NCBI GenBank assembly: GCA_030609325.1
Contig: JAUWCL010000006.1
Location: 21,286 to 85,285, forward strand
Length of the DNA: 64,000 nucleotides
Direction: 5' to 3'
Source: Candidatus Krumholzibacteriota bacterium
GTDB lineage: Bacteria; Krumholzibacteriota; Krumholzibacteriia; Krumholzibacteriales; Krumholzibacteriaceae
Numbering within the stretch: position 1 is the stretch's first letter; every line of letters begins with the position of its first letter. Of this stretch, positions 26,101 to 35,100 are shown piece by piece. The position numbers and the translations under genes were made by a program. Under the pieces are notes generated by a model that worked only from the letters and a program-made list of their open reading frames with translations, had not been told where the DNA came from and searched no databases.

Positions 26101-29009
26101 CGACCGTGGAGCTCTATGTGAACAACGTTCCGGTCGGCAGGGAGAAGATCGGACAGAAACAGATCGACATCGGAGAAGGCACGCTGGGATTCATATTCTA
26201 CGGAGTGAAGATCTCGCCGGGGCTGAACAACATCCTCGTCGTCTGCCGCTCCCACGGAGAGAAGAACGCCTGCGTGCGCCACGTCTATCTCGCCGGCAAG
26301 CCCTCGTCTGTCCTTGCCGAACACAGGGACGTCGAAGTCCCGGCCGACGGCAGGTCGAAACCCGAGCTGGTATTTCTTGTCGGCGACGAGCACGGTCTGC
26401 CCGCAAGGGACGGATTATTCCTCACTGTGACCGGACCCGACGACCTTATCGGAGAGCTCGATGCCAACCCGCAGCTCGTCGGCGTGCAGGTCGTGACGGC
26501 GGACGGCCGCGTCTCGCTCGAGCTGCCGCCCTCCGGATATTCGCGAAGGGAGAGGATCGCCGTCGCGCTCGAAGATATGACGGCAGAAAGCCGTCTCGAG
26601 TACATCTCGCCGATGAGGGACTGGTTCCTCTTCGGATTCGGAGAGGGAGATGTCGGATACAGCAGCCTCAAAGGGACCGGCTCGACGCACAGGACGTACG
26701 AGCGGTACCCCGACGGCCTCTACGCCGAGGGGAAACTCGCCTTCTATGGACAGGGCGAGGTGAGCACCGGTCACCTGCTGACGATGGCGATCGACACGAA
26801 GCCGATCGTCGAGGACAAGCTCCTCGACCGGGTCGAACCGGAGAAGTACTACCCGATATACGGTGACGCGAGCGAACTGAGATTCAACTCTTATTCGAAG
26901 CACGGTACCTACGCGAGGCTCGACCACCGCTCCTACTCGGCGATGGCTGGCGACTACAGGACCGAGTTCGGCACGATGGAGTTCACGAGATACGACAGGA
27001 CCTTCTCGGGATTCAGGGGATGGATGCGCCGCGGCCGCTTCGACATGAGCGGTTTTATCACCTACAGTGACCAGGTCACCGTCCAGGATGAGATGAAGGC
27101 AAACGGGACGAGCGGCTTCTACTTCCTCAGCAAGTACCCGCTCCTCGAGAACAGCGAAAAGATACGTGTCGAGGTCCGCGACAGGTTCCGTCCGGAGGAG
27201 ATCGTCCGCGTCGACTACTACAGCGTGAACAAGGATTACGACATCAACTACATGGACGGCTCGATCCTCTTCAAGCAGCCGATCCTCGCTTTCGACGAGG
27301 ACTTCAACCCGCGGCACATCGTCGTCACTTACGAGTGCCGCTCGGCGGGCGACAACAATATCGTGGCGGGCATCCGGCCGACCGTAGAGCTCGCCGATTC
27401 GCTGATGATGGGAGTGACGGCCGTGATCGAGGATGAAGGCGTGGAGAACTACTCCCTCGTCGGCGTCGACCTGGCCGGCCATCTCTGGAAGGACCTCTTC
27501 GTAGAGGGCGAATACGCACACAGCGAGAAGTTCATCCTGGGCAGCGGAGATGCTTTCAGGCTCAAGCTCATGGGCCGGCACGACCGGATGCTGAAGTGGA
27601 ACGCCTACTACCGCGACATAGACGAGAATTTCTTTAACCCCTCGTTCTCCGGCGGGAAGACCGAGCTGGGCAGCAGGAAGATCGGCGGCGACCTCGACTG
27701 GAGGATCGGCCGGGGATGGTCGCTCCTGTCGAATGGATTCGGGCACAGGTATGCCGAGCGTGACGAGACGAAGGGGTACTTCGATGTGAAAGGCAATTAC
27801 AGGTCCGGCTCTCTCGACGGCAGTTTCGGGCTCGCGCACGCTTCATTCAGCGACACCAGGTCCGGATCATCCTCATCCGGGCTCTTCGTCGCCGTCGGGG
27901 GATACCGCAGCGACAGGACTAAGGCGGAGCTCCAGCTCGACAAGAACATCGCCGGGGAAGAGGTGCCGGACTATCCCGATCGTATCCAGGCGAAGCTCAC
28001 GCAGAAGATCTGGAGATACATAGACGGGGTGCTGTCCTACGAGTACAGGTCGGGCAGCCGTTCGGGCTCGAGGCACCTCACGCAGCTCGGTATCGAGTCG
28101 CGTATAACGGAGAATCTCAGCGCATATTCCCGCTACCGCATGGAAGGGGCGATGAGCGGCGAAAGGTCGCAGGCGATGATCGGCATGAAGAACAAGTTCA
28201 GGCTCTCTCCCGGGCTGACGTCGACCCTTTCGGTCGAGAAGCTTTCCACGGTGAGCGGGCTCGACCTCGAGGACTTCACCGCATTCGTCACCGAGTGTCT
28301 CTACACGCCGCCAGAAAAGGATTACAAGATCAAGGGCGGATACGAGATCAGGCTCGAGAAGGAGAGGACGAAGCATCTCGTCGGGGTCGCCGCGCTCAAG
28401 CGCCTCAGTGAGACCTGGGCCGGCCTTGTCAAGGTCGATGCCTGGTTCTCCGACGAGGAGACGACGCTCGACCGGTCGAAGAGCGCCGGCAGGCTCGGGT
28501 TCTCCTACAGGCCGGGACACGGATCGTTGATTGTCCTCTCGATGGTAAAAGGTACTTACGAGAAGAACAGCCCGGCCCATCCGCTCGCGATCGACAAGGC
28601 GCTTACCGTGATGACCGAGGCGAACTACCATCTCGGCGACAGGTGGGAGCTCGAGGGCAAGGTCGCCGGCAGGTGGGTGCGGAACTCGTTCAGGTATCTC
28701 ACGGTGAGCTCGTCGTCGTATCTGTACCAGACCCAGCTGATCAGGATGTTCGGCCGGGCCTGGGACGTGAGCGTCGCCGCGCGCGTCGTGCAGCAGATCG
28801 AGACGGGCACCCTGAGGTATGGCGGCGGGGTCCAGGTCGGCAGGGTCATCAGGGAGAATGTCTTGCTGGGAGCGGGATACGATTTCGGCGGCCACAGGGA
28901 CGCCGATATGGAAGTCAACGAATTCACGAGAAACGGTTTTCACATAGGGATCAAGCTGAAGTTCGACGAGAAACTGCTCGGTTACTTCAACAGCAGCTCG
29001 GGAGATTGA
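23148..29009 (+). CDS. giant (1953 aa) envelope protein with four regions: N-terminal DUF11 repeats, an SdrD-B/Cna-B-like domain, an internal OmpA-like peptidoglycan-binding domain, and a ~800-aa beta-rich C-terminal region
   Basis: Signal/anchor ILLSALAIAALFVLSAPAFSQ. DUF11 signatures FPFTLTNAGNSDDTF and YTMTYVNNGERAAIDV. The SdrD-B-like segment is GSVFIDRDGDGMRDKGEEGIPGA. The OmpA_C-like segment is WKIEISGHSDSTPI...ELSLDRARSVYQLL...GYGERFPVASNDTEEERSKNRRVEI (nt ~25560-25910). The Tyr/Gly/Asp-rich C-terminus ends GFHIGIKLKF plus a short tail. Confidence 0.8.
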   Translation: MKISRRGGAVKRRNYITDFSTGSTGRGILLSALAIAALFVLSAPAFSQIPPAGSVISSRSSASYVDNGNHLTILSNEIAFSVLPMFGPLLTPDGTAASPAAVGAAFSGEAVYFPFTLTNAGNSDDTFSLTAVTVAPSDFVPLATAVYLDGNGDGDVDPGDQLITEAGPLGPDESASLVVAVTLPAGLTGGETTHLDLEARSAGDTSLVDCGNVVRIFARDEARVDLTLQSDVVNVMPGGFVTYTMTYVNNGERAAIDVVITGMIDTLGMALGTEYVQGTAIASLPCVIEYLDDIGTWGSVAPPAERVKGVRMRLDTLLPAEQGTLSLSVRVDDDRRWGDIVNSATADFVGGDGRSFRWISNIVTVRVGRISEIWIGPEGNPLAPSGSPEDRVIQIIDGIDSICAFRHEIYNAGNFVDTISVVIADSLLIPPDWLVEILGPGDSHLPKLSANTSVIGAIEVGGSRSVCVRIKATPEQLRSFPGRELAFSLEVHSLVDDTSCEAVQDVLLKADMSLLSVEQSIREPNAMIGDIVSFIVTVENMTEETVIDSIVLVENLPSGLKFSKGYDQPVIENNRLIFDLGSLPPRTRKDVIIRATVTAGQEKDELVSTAWVYGVSQYGEETEDGPAYASVRLYEGEFTRRGIVLGSVFIDRDGDGMRDKGEEGIPGAAVFYEKGTFAVTDSSGLWSIPGIEEGRHVFRVDPKSLPDSLAPGPAGHFGMGIAGQYLIDFAPSGNRRVDFPLQVIEIAGDGDAFAAIEGDTAAVTRQGSAGTATAAISSQTESNGTRDDARSGPAGPESTVDSSGTYDALNLPGTLFAAGSSVMEEIPLREVAALSLWVREHPGWKIEISGHSDSTPIRTADYPSNFELSLDRARSVYQLLRMNGIPEETMDYTGYGERFPVASNDTEEERSKNRRVEISAVPPEGYTGEDPDIPAVLAMPDTTVPKEFVLADDAGICAEIVKPAEGTIFTDRDGISVEVVAPLVSTVELYVNNVPVGREKIGQKQIDIGEGTLGFIFYGVKISPGLNNILVVCRSHGEKNACVRHVYLAGKPSSVLAEHRDVEVPADGRSKPELVFLVGDEHGLPARDGLFLTVTGPDDLIGELDANPQLVGVQVVTADGRVSLELPPSGYSRRERIAVALEDMTAESRLEYISPMRDWFLFGFGEGDVGYSSLKGTGSTHRTYERYPDGLYAEGKLAFYGQGEVSTGHLLTMAIDTKPIVEDKLLDRVEPEKYYPIYGDASELRFNSYSKHGTYARLDHRSYSAMAGDYRTEFGTMEFTRYDRTFSGFRGWMRRGRFDMSGFITYSDQVTVQDEMKANGTSGFYFLSKYPLLENSEKIRVEVRDRFRPEEIVRVDYYSVNKDYDINYMDGSILFKQPILAFDEDFNPRHIVVTYECRSAGDNNIVAGIRPTVELADSLMMGVTAVIEDEGVENYSLVGVDLAGHLWKDLFVEGEYAHSEKFILGSGDAFRLKLMGRHDRMLKWNAYYRDIDENFFNPSFSGGKTELGSRKIGGDLDWRIGRGWSLLSNGFGHRYAERDETKGYFDVKGNYRSGSLDGSFGLAHASFSDTRSGSSSSGLFVAVGGYRSDRTKAELQLDKNIAGEEVPDYPDRIQAKLTQKIWRYIDGVLSYEYRSGSRSGSRHLTQLGIESRITENLSAYSRYRMEGAMSGERSQAMIGMKNKFRLSPGLTSTLSVEKLSTVSGLDLEDFTAFVTECLYTPPEKDYKIKGGYEIRLEKERTKHLVGVAALKRLSETWAGLVKVDAWFSDEETTLDRSKSAGRLGFSYRPGHGSLIVLSMVKGTYEKNSPAHPLAIDKALTVMTEANYHLGDRWELEGKVAGRWVRNSFRYLTVSSSSYLYQTQLIRMFGRAWDVSVAARVVQQIETGTLRYGGGVQVGRVIRENVLLGAGYDFGGHRDADMEVNEFTRNGFHIGIKLKFDEKLLGYFNSSSGD

Positions 29010-29010
29010 C

Positions 29011-31941
29011 ATGACGACCGCTGAGTGCGGGAATGGAAAGATGATGAAACGCGGAAAGACGATAACGGGACTGAAGACGGCGGCACTGCTCGCTGCGGCG
29101 GCGCTGTTGGCCGCGGGAAGCGCCGGCGCGGCGGAGACGGTGATCGGCGGGGGATTCGAGGATGGATCGTTCGGAGGCTCGTGGGTACACGGGGCGGCCA
29201 GTCTGGGCGGGCCGCAGAATTCCTCCTGGGCCGACCACGCCGTCGTCCTCGACATGCCTTACACAGGTGCCTGGTCCGCGCTGCTCGGATTCAAGTACAC
29301 GCCGGTTCACAAGAACCGTTACGGCTATATGTACCAGGAAGTGACTATCCCCGCCGGCGTATCGAGCGCTGTCTTCTTCTTCCGCTACAGGCAGCAGGGA
29401 TTCGACGGCTCGGGACACGATCCGTTCCAGGCGACGATCCGCGACCAGTCGGATAATGTCCTTGCGACCATCGTGGACGTTTCCTTCAACGATATGAGCA
29501 GCCGCTTCAAGGACGGCGGCTGGGTGGACGTTACCTTCGACATGAGCGCGTATGCGGGGCAGACCGTCCGCCTCGACTTCCGGCAGCTCAACACGCAGGA
29601 CAGCATGTTCGAGACGTGGACGTTCGTCGACGACGTCTCGCTCATATTCAGAATGTATGTGGACCTGACCGTCGACGGCGACGGCGACGACGTATTCGGA
29701 AATCCCGGCACAGGTTCCGGGGGAATATCTGTTTCCAGCGGCGTGGCGGGTGAGACGGTATCTTACCTCTTAGGCATCGAGAACGAAGGTCTCGATGTCG
29801 ACTCCTACATAATATCCGCCTCACCCACCGCCGGCTGGAACGTGGTCATCAGATACGGAGGGGTAGACTATTCCTCGCCGTGGACGACGCCCGCGATCGA
29901 CCCCGGAACGTTGATCACCGCGGAAGTGTTGATCGCCATACCCGCCGGCGAGCCGATCGGCAGCTGTTCGACGGTAATCGACGCAGTGTCCGCATCGTTC
30001 GGAAACAGGTTCGACAGCGTCACACTCGGAACGTACGTGGTCCTGGCAGATTTCATGCCCGATCTCGTCATAGACGGAGACGGCACGGGCGTGATCGATC
30101 CCTCCGGGGGCGGAGGCTATTCGACCGGAAGCGCTTTCCCCGGCGGTATGGTCGACTATGCGATAGAGCTGATCAACGCCGGGGCGATGCAGGACGACTT
30201 CACGATTAGTTTCGACACGGACGCGGAAGTCAGCGCCGTGGTCATCGACGGAGGGACGACCCATACCGGTTCCTTCACGACGGGTCCCGTCGCTCCGGGT
30301 GATTCGAGGACATATACGTTGAGGGTAACCGCGGGCGCAGCGACGCTCGGCGGGGATTACGACGGGCTGCTCTACGCCGTCTCCTCCGGCGATCCGCTCG
30401 GCCGGGACGGGGTCACCGCAGTGACCACGGTCCTCGCTCCCAAGCTCGATCTCGTGATCAACGGAAGCGGAGACGGGGTATACGATCCGACCGGATCGGG
30501 ACTGGGCGGCACGAGCACACTGTCGGGGCTTCGAGGCACGACGGTCTATTTCCCCGTTACCGTCCAGAACGAGGGCGGTGTCGACGATGCCTTCACATTC
30601 AGCTGGACGAGGCCGTCGGGTGGATGGTCGGCCGTGATAAACGATGGGGCCACCGATCACGCACTGCCCTGGACGTCGCCGGTATTTTCGCATGGTGAGC
30701 AGAGGGATTACATGCTCGCCATCTCGGTACCCAATAACGTCTCATTCGATACGTGGACCTCGATCCTCGACGCGGTGTCGGTCAACGACGGCCGGATCGC
30801 CGAGAGCGTCACCGCCGTGATCATGGTAAATGACAAGATAGGCGTCGACGTGATAATCGACGGCAACGGCGATGGCTCGTACGGGGCGCTGGGTACCGGC
30901 CTCGGTGGATTCTCGTCTGCTGTAGCCGATCCCGGAGATACTGTCTCGTTCGCAATACTCGTTCAGAACGAGGGAGGCGGCAATGCCTTCGATTTCGAGT
31001 GGGCCTCGCCGGCCGGATGGACCGTTCTGCTCGACGGGCAGGCCTCTCCGATAACAGGGGCGGGCGAGGGGCTCTATACCCTCCAGGTGATAATACCGCT
31101 GACCAGCCCGGGGGGAGCCTTCGATATAATATTCGATGGGATGAAGAGCAACAAGCGCTACTACGTAGACAGCGTCACGGGCCGTGTGGTCGTAACGCCG
31201 CAGAGGATCGTCGATGCGGTCATAGACGGCGACGGCGCCGGCGTGATCGGAACGCCCGGCATGGGTGACGGCGGGCTATCCACCCGGCCGACCCTCGCCG
31301 GGCAGGTTGCGGCCTTCACTGTGGAGCTGCGGAACCAGGGGCCGGAAGACGAGAGCTACATCGTTTCGTGGGGCGGCATTGCCGGCTGGAGCGAGACGTT
31401 CGATGGAGCGGCAGGTCCGTACACGACTGGGATCATACCCTCAGATACGTCCGCGACATATACGTTCGAGGCCGCGGTTCCCCTGACGGCCCTTCCCGGA
31501 ATCTACGACTATGTGATCGATGTTGTCTCGACGGTCGATCCCGCCAATACGGAGAGTGTCACGGCGAAGGTCGCCGTATACCTCCCGCCGGTCGTCGATC
31601 TCGTCAAGACTGTCGATCTTGCCTCTGCGATGCCGGGCGACATAGTGACCTACACGATTAATTACTCCAATCCGGGCACGGGGGATGTCGTCGAGATCGA
31701 GATTGTCGACCCGATATCCGCCGACGTCGACCTGGTTCTCGATGCCTTCGGGGCGGGCAGCGATATCGCCTGGACGAGAGACGGGACGACGGTCTATCTT
31801 ACTGCCGATCCGACAGACGCCGACGAGGCTCTCTTCGACTCCGGCACGGGGATACTGCAGGTGATCTTCTCGAGGCAGGCTCCGTACACCCTCGCCGCCG
31901 GCGAGACGGGCGTCCTCGAATACCAGGTGAGTATCAGGTAG
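29011..31941 (+). CDS. secreted repeat protein: jelly-roll/CBM-like N-domain, five ~125-aa CARDB/NEW3-like repeats, C-terminal DUF11 module
   Basis: Starts 1 nt after the giant gene's stop. Signal KTAALLAAAALLAAGSAGAAE. The repeats each open with a (V/I)(I/V)DG(D/N/S)G motif followed by a QNEG/ENEG/INAG signature. The start could also be MMKRGK at 29041. Confidence 0.75.
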   Translation: MTTAECGNGKMMKRGKTITGLKTAALLAAAALLAAGSAGAAETVIGGGFEDGSFGGSWVHGAASLGGPQNSSWADHAVVLDMPYTGAWSALLGFKYTPVHKNRYGYMYQEVTIPAGVSSAVFFFRYRQQGFDGSGHDPFQATIRDQSDNVLATIVDVSFNDMSSRFKDGGWVDVTFDMSAYAGQTVRLDFRQLNTQDSMFETWTFVDDVSLIFRMYVDLTVDGDGDDVFGNPGTGSGGISVSSGVAGETVSYLLGIENEGLDVDSYIISASPTAGWNVVIRYGGVDYSSPWTTPAIDPGTLITAEVLIAIPAGEPIGSCSTVIDAVSASFGNRFDSVTLGTYVVLADFMPDLVIDGDGTGVIDPSGGGGYSTGSAFPGGMVDYAIELINAGAMQDDFTISFDTDAEVSAVVIDGGTTHTGSFTTGPVAPGDSRTYTLRVTAGAATLGGDYDGLLYAVSSGDPLGRDGVTAVTTVLAPKLDLVINGSGDGVYDPTGSGLGGTSTLSGLRGTTVYFPVTVQNEGGVDDAFTFSWTRPSGGWSAVINDGATDHALPWTSPVFSHGEQRDYMLAISVPNNVSFDTWTSILDAVSVNDGRIAESVTAVIMVNDKIGVDVIIDGNGDGSYGALGTGLGGFSSAVADPGDTVSFAILVQNEGGGNAFDFEWASPAGWTVLLDGQASPITGAGEGLYTLQVIIPLTSPGGAFDIIFDGMKSNKRYYVDSVTGRVVVTPQRIVDAVIDGDGAGVIGTPGMGDGGLSTRPTLAGQVAAFTVELRNQGPEDESYIVSWGGIAGWSETFDGAAGPYTTGIIPSDTSATYTFEAAVPLTALPGIYDYVIDVVSTVDPANTESVTAKVAVYLPPVVDLVKTVDLASAMPGDIVTYTINYSNPGTGDVVEIEIVDPISADVDLVLDAFGAGSDIAWTRDGTTVYLTADPTDADEALFDSGTGILQVIFSRQAPYTLAAGETGVLEYQVSIR

Positions 31942-32040
31942 GCGGCTGCCGCCGGCCTGCTTCACTTCTCATATAGAAGACTGCATGTTGTGACTCCTGA
32001 CAACGAGAGTCGGTATTCGTAAGATCCCGCCTGTCCCGCA

Positions 32041-32058
32041 GTTCCAGCGTTCCAGCGT
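32041..32058. repeat. tandem octamer GTTCCAGC x2.25 immediately upstream of a -35 box
   Basis: GTTCCAGCGTTCCAGCGT read directly from the sequence. Confidence 0.8.
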
Positions 32059-32062
32059 ATCA

Positions 32063-32091
32063 TTGTCAATTTCAGCGATTTATGGTATAAT
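32063..32091 (+). promoter_or_regulatory. near-consensus sigma70-type promoter for the 1320-aa adhesin gene
   Basis: TTGTCA (32063-32068), a 17-nt spacer, then TATAAT (32086-32091), 86 nt upstream of ATG 32177. Confidence 0.45.
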
Positions 32092-32176
32092 CATATCATA
32101 GTATATGGATAATATATCTAATTACACGATCGGTACCTCGGTCGCCTTCCGGTATCCATCATCGTTTGGAGGGGTG

Positions 32177-35100
32177 ATGACGATGAGACGTACCTTCGTT
32201 CTTTTTATTCTAGTTTCTACAATTCCATTCGCGGTTCTGGCCCAGGCCCCGGAGATCGGGCGGATCGCTCTCTACGCCGATTCGTTCAGAACGACGAACG
32301 AGGTCAACCTGCCCGCTCCTTACACGCTGTTCGATCTCTACATATTCTGCCAGCCAGGCGAGAACGGCATGAACTGCGCCGAGTTCGCGCTGGAATCTTC
32401 AACGGAATCCATGGTCATTTCGAATACCGATTGGCACCCTGGTCTGTCGGTCGTGCTCGGGGATCTGGGCTCGGGAGTAAGCGCGTGTTTCCTGGATTGT
32501 CAGACCGATTGGGTATGCATATCCAGGGTGACGATGCTCAACACGATAGCCGGACCGGCTTCCATAGACATAGTGAGGCACCCGATGTCAGGGTACTACC
32601 AGTTTGCCAGCTGTCTCGAGGGCAGTCCGATCGAGCCTGTCTTTATCGGCCCCCGCCTGTGCATTAATTCAGTATGTACACCCGATACCGATCCCCCCAT
32701 ACCTTTAAGTGTCGATGTCGAGGACGATATACACATCGCACTGCAATTTGATGAAAAGATCTTCGAACCGGATGCCGTGACTCTGGCCAGCTATCTTATC
32801 TACAGGACAGACGGGATATCGGATACCATACCTGTAAACTTTGCGTTGCTTGAAAGCGAGGAGGACAGGGTATGGATGGTACTCGGCGCGCCGCTTGCCG
32901 ATGCTCCCTATACCCTGGAGATCATGGGGCTCAGGGATGTCGCGGGCAACGCTTCCGCCCCCGGGACAGGCATCGCATTCCGCGGATTTGATACGACTCC
33001 TCCCACAATCGAGTACGTCTACGCTCCGGACAACTACACTGCCATGCTGGTCTTTTCCGAACCTGTCACCCAGGCCTCGGCTGAGGACATCTCAAACTAT
33101 TCGTTCGGCTGTACGGGCCCGGGGTGTATCGTCGCGCCACAGCCTGTATCTGCAGAGCTGCAGCCGGACGGCAGAAGCGTAGCGGTGACCCTTGATTCTC
33201 CGATGGCACAGGATGCGGTCTACCTGGTCATAATCGAGGGCATTACCGATCTCGCGGGTCATGTACTGGTCGGGGCCGTCGTGGCTCATTTCACGCCGCC
33301 TGACTTATTCCTGCCATATGTCACCGAGGTATCCATAGTGGCGGATACCTCGCTTGCGATCCTCTGGAACGAGACACTCGATCCTGTAACTGCCGGAGAC
33401 CTTGTGAACTATTCTTTCTCCAAGGACGGACCGCCGGCCGAACCGATGACCCTGATATCCGCCGACCTTTTCGGCGGCATACGCCTGAGGCTGAATTTTG
33501 AGCCGGCGATCGACTCTGAAGCCGAATATACGCTCTTTGTCAGCGGAGTCATGGATACATCGATGAATGTGATGCTCCCTGATACCGTGCACATCATTCC
33601 GCTCGATACGATCCCTCCGGTCCTGGTCAGCGCGGAATGCATGGGGCTCCAGGATGTAGATCTGACCTTCAGCGAGCCTATAGATCCGTCGATGACGGGA
33701 TCGGTAAGTTTTTTCCAAGTCTATCCTCTCGGAAATCCCGAGACACTCCTCGATATAAGCGGCATCTCGTGCCATCTCGACTGCTCGGTGGTCCGGCTCC
33801 ATCTCGCGGAAAACCTGACTGCAGGGGCGGATTACACGGTCCGTGTAACTCATATCCGCGACCTTGCCGGAAATTCGATCCCATCCCAGCAGCTTGATTT
33901 CACCTGCTACGATGTATATCCCCCCGAAGTCATCGAGATATTCCTGTCCGATCTTACGCATGTCAACATCCGGTTCGACGAGGTGGTCAATGCCACGGCG
34001 GCGGAGACAACCAGCTATATCCTCTTTGAAACGGCGGATTCCACCGCTGTGGTCGACATTTCGTCTGTCGCACTTTACGACGGGGGAACCCGTGCGATGC
34101 TGATGACCGGTGCACCGCTGAGCATGGGAGAGATGTATACGCTGAAGATTGACGGTATCGGGGACATGGTCGGAAACATGATCGATCCCGATACCTCCTG
34201 GACATTTACTGCGGAAGATACCGTCGATCCGTCTCTTCTCAACCTCACTGTGACGAGCGACAGTATCGTTCATCTAGAGTTCGACGAGCCGCTCGATCCG
34301 GCTTCGGCCGAAGCTGTTGCGAACTACGCCGTTGTAGAAGCAGGCGACACTTCGGCCAGGCTGCCGCTGCAGTCGGCCACTCTCGACACCGCCGGTATGA
34401 TCGTCGATCTGGAGATCGACGGGCAGGCCACGATCGGAACGTTATACGAGGTATGGATCATCGGCGTCACAGATATTGCTGGAAATGCGCTCTATGCTGC
34501 GTTCGGCGGATTCGAGTTTATCGACGACATCCCTCCGCGCCTGCTCTCCGCGGAAGGGGCCACGATCAGGAATGTCAACGTTCATTTCAACGAAGGAATC
34601 ACGAGCGCTACCGCGAGAGATGAGAATAACTTTACGCTGCATCTTGCGGGCGATCCCATGTCTGAGATCGATATATTCCTGTCCGACCGGCTGCCCGACC
34701 AGATGTCGGTGAAGCTCGTCCTCGGCGAGGATATGTTGCAGCACGAGGACTATACCATAGAGGTGACCGGAATCATGGACCTTGCCGGACATATGATGGA
34801 GCCGGACTCGACGGACTTCCACTTCGTTGACGAAAGCCCGCCGGTGATCCTGAATGTGAATCTGGTGAATCCGACGAGGCTGTCGATCTGGTTCAGCGAA
34901 CCGGTCGATTCGGTGACGGCCAGTGATACCGGCAATTATGCTGTCTACCTTTTCTCGGATGCGTCGCAGCAGATAACGGTGACTTCTGTCGACTGGATGA
35001 CGGATGAGGTCAGGCTGGATCTCGCCACCGAGCCTCAGCCGAATGTTGAATACACGATAAGGATAGATGGGGTCGAGGACCGGTTCGGCAACGTCGCCAC

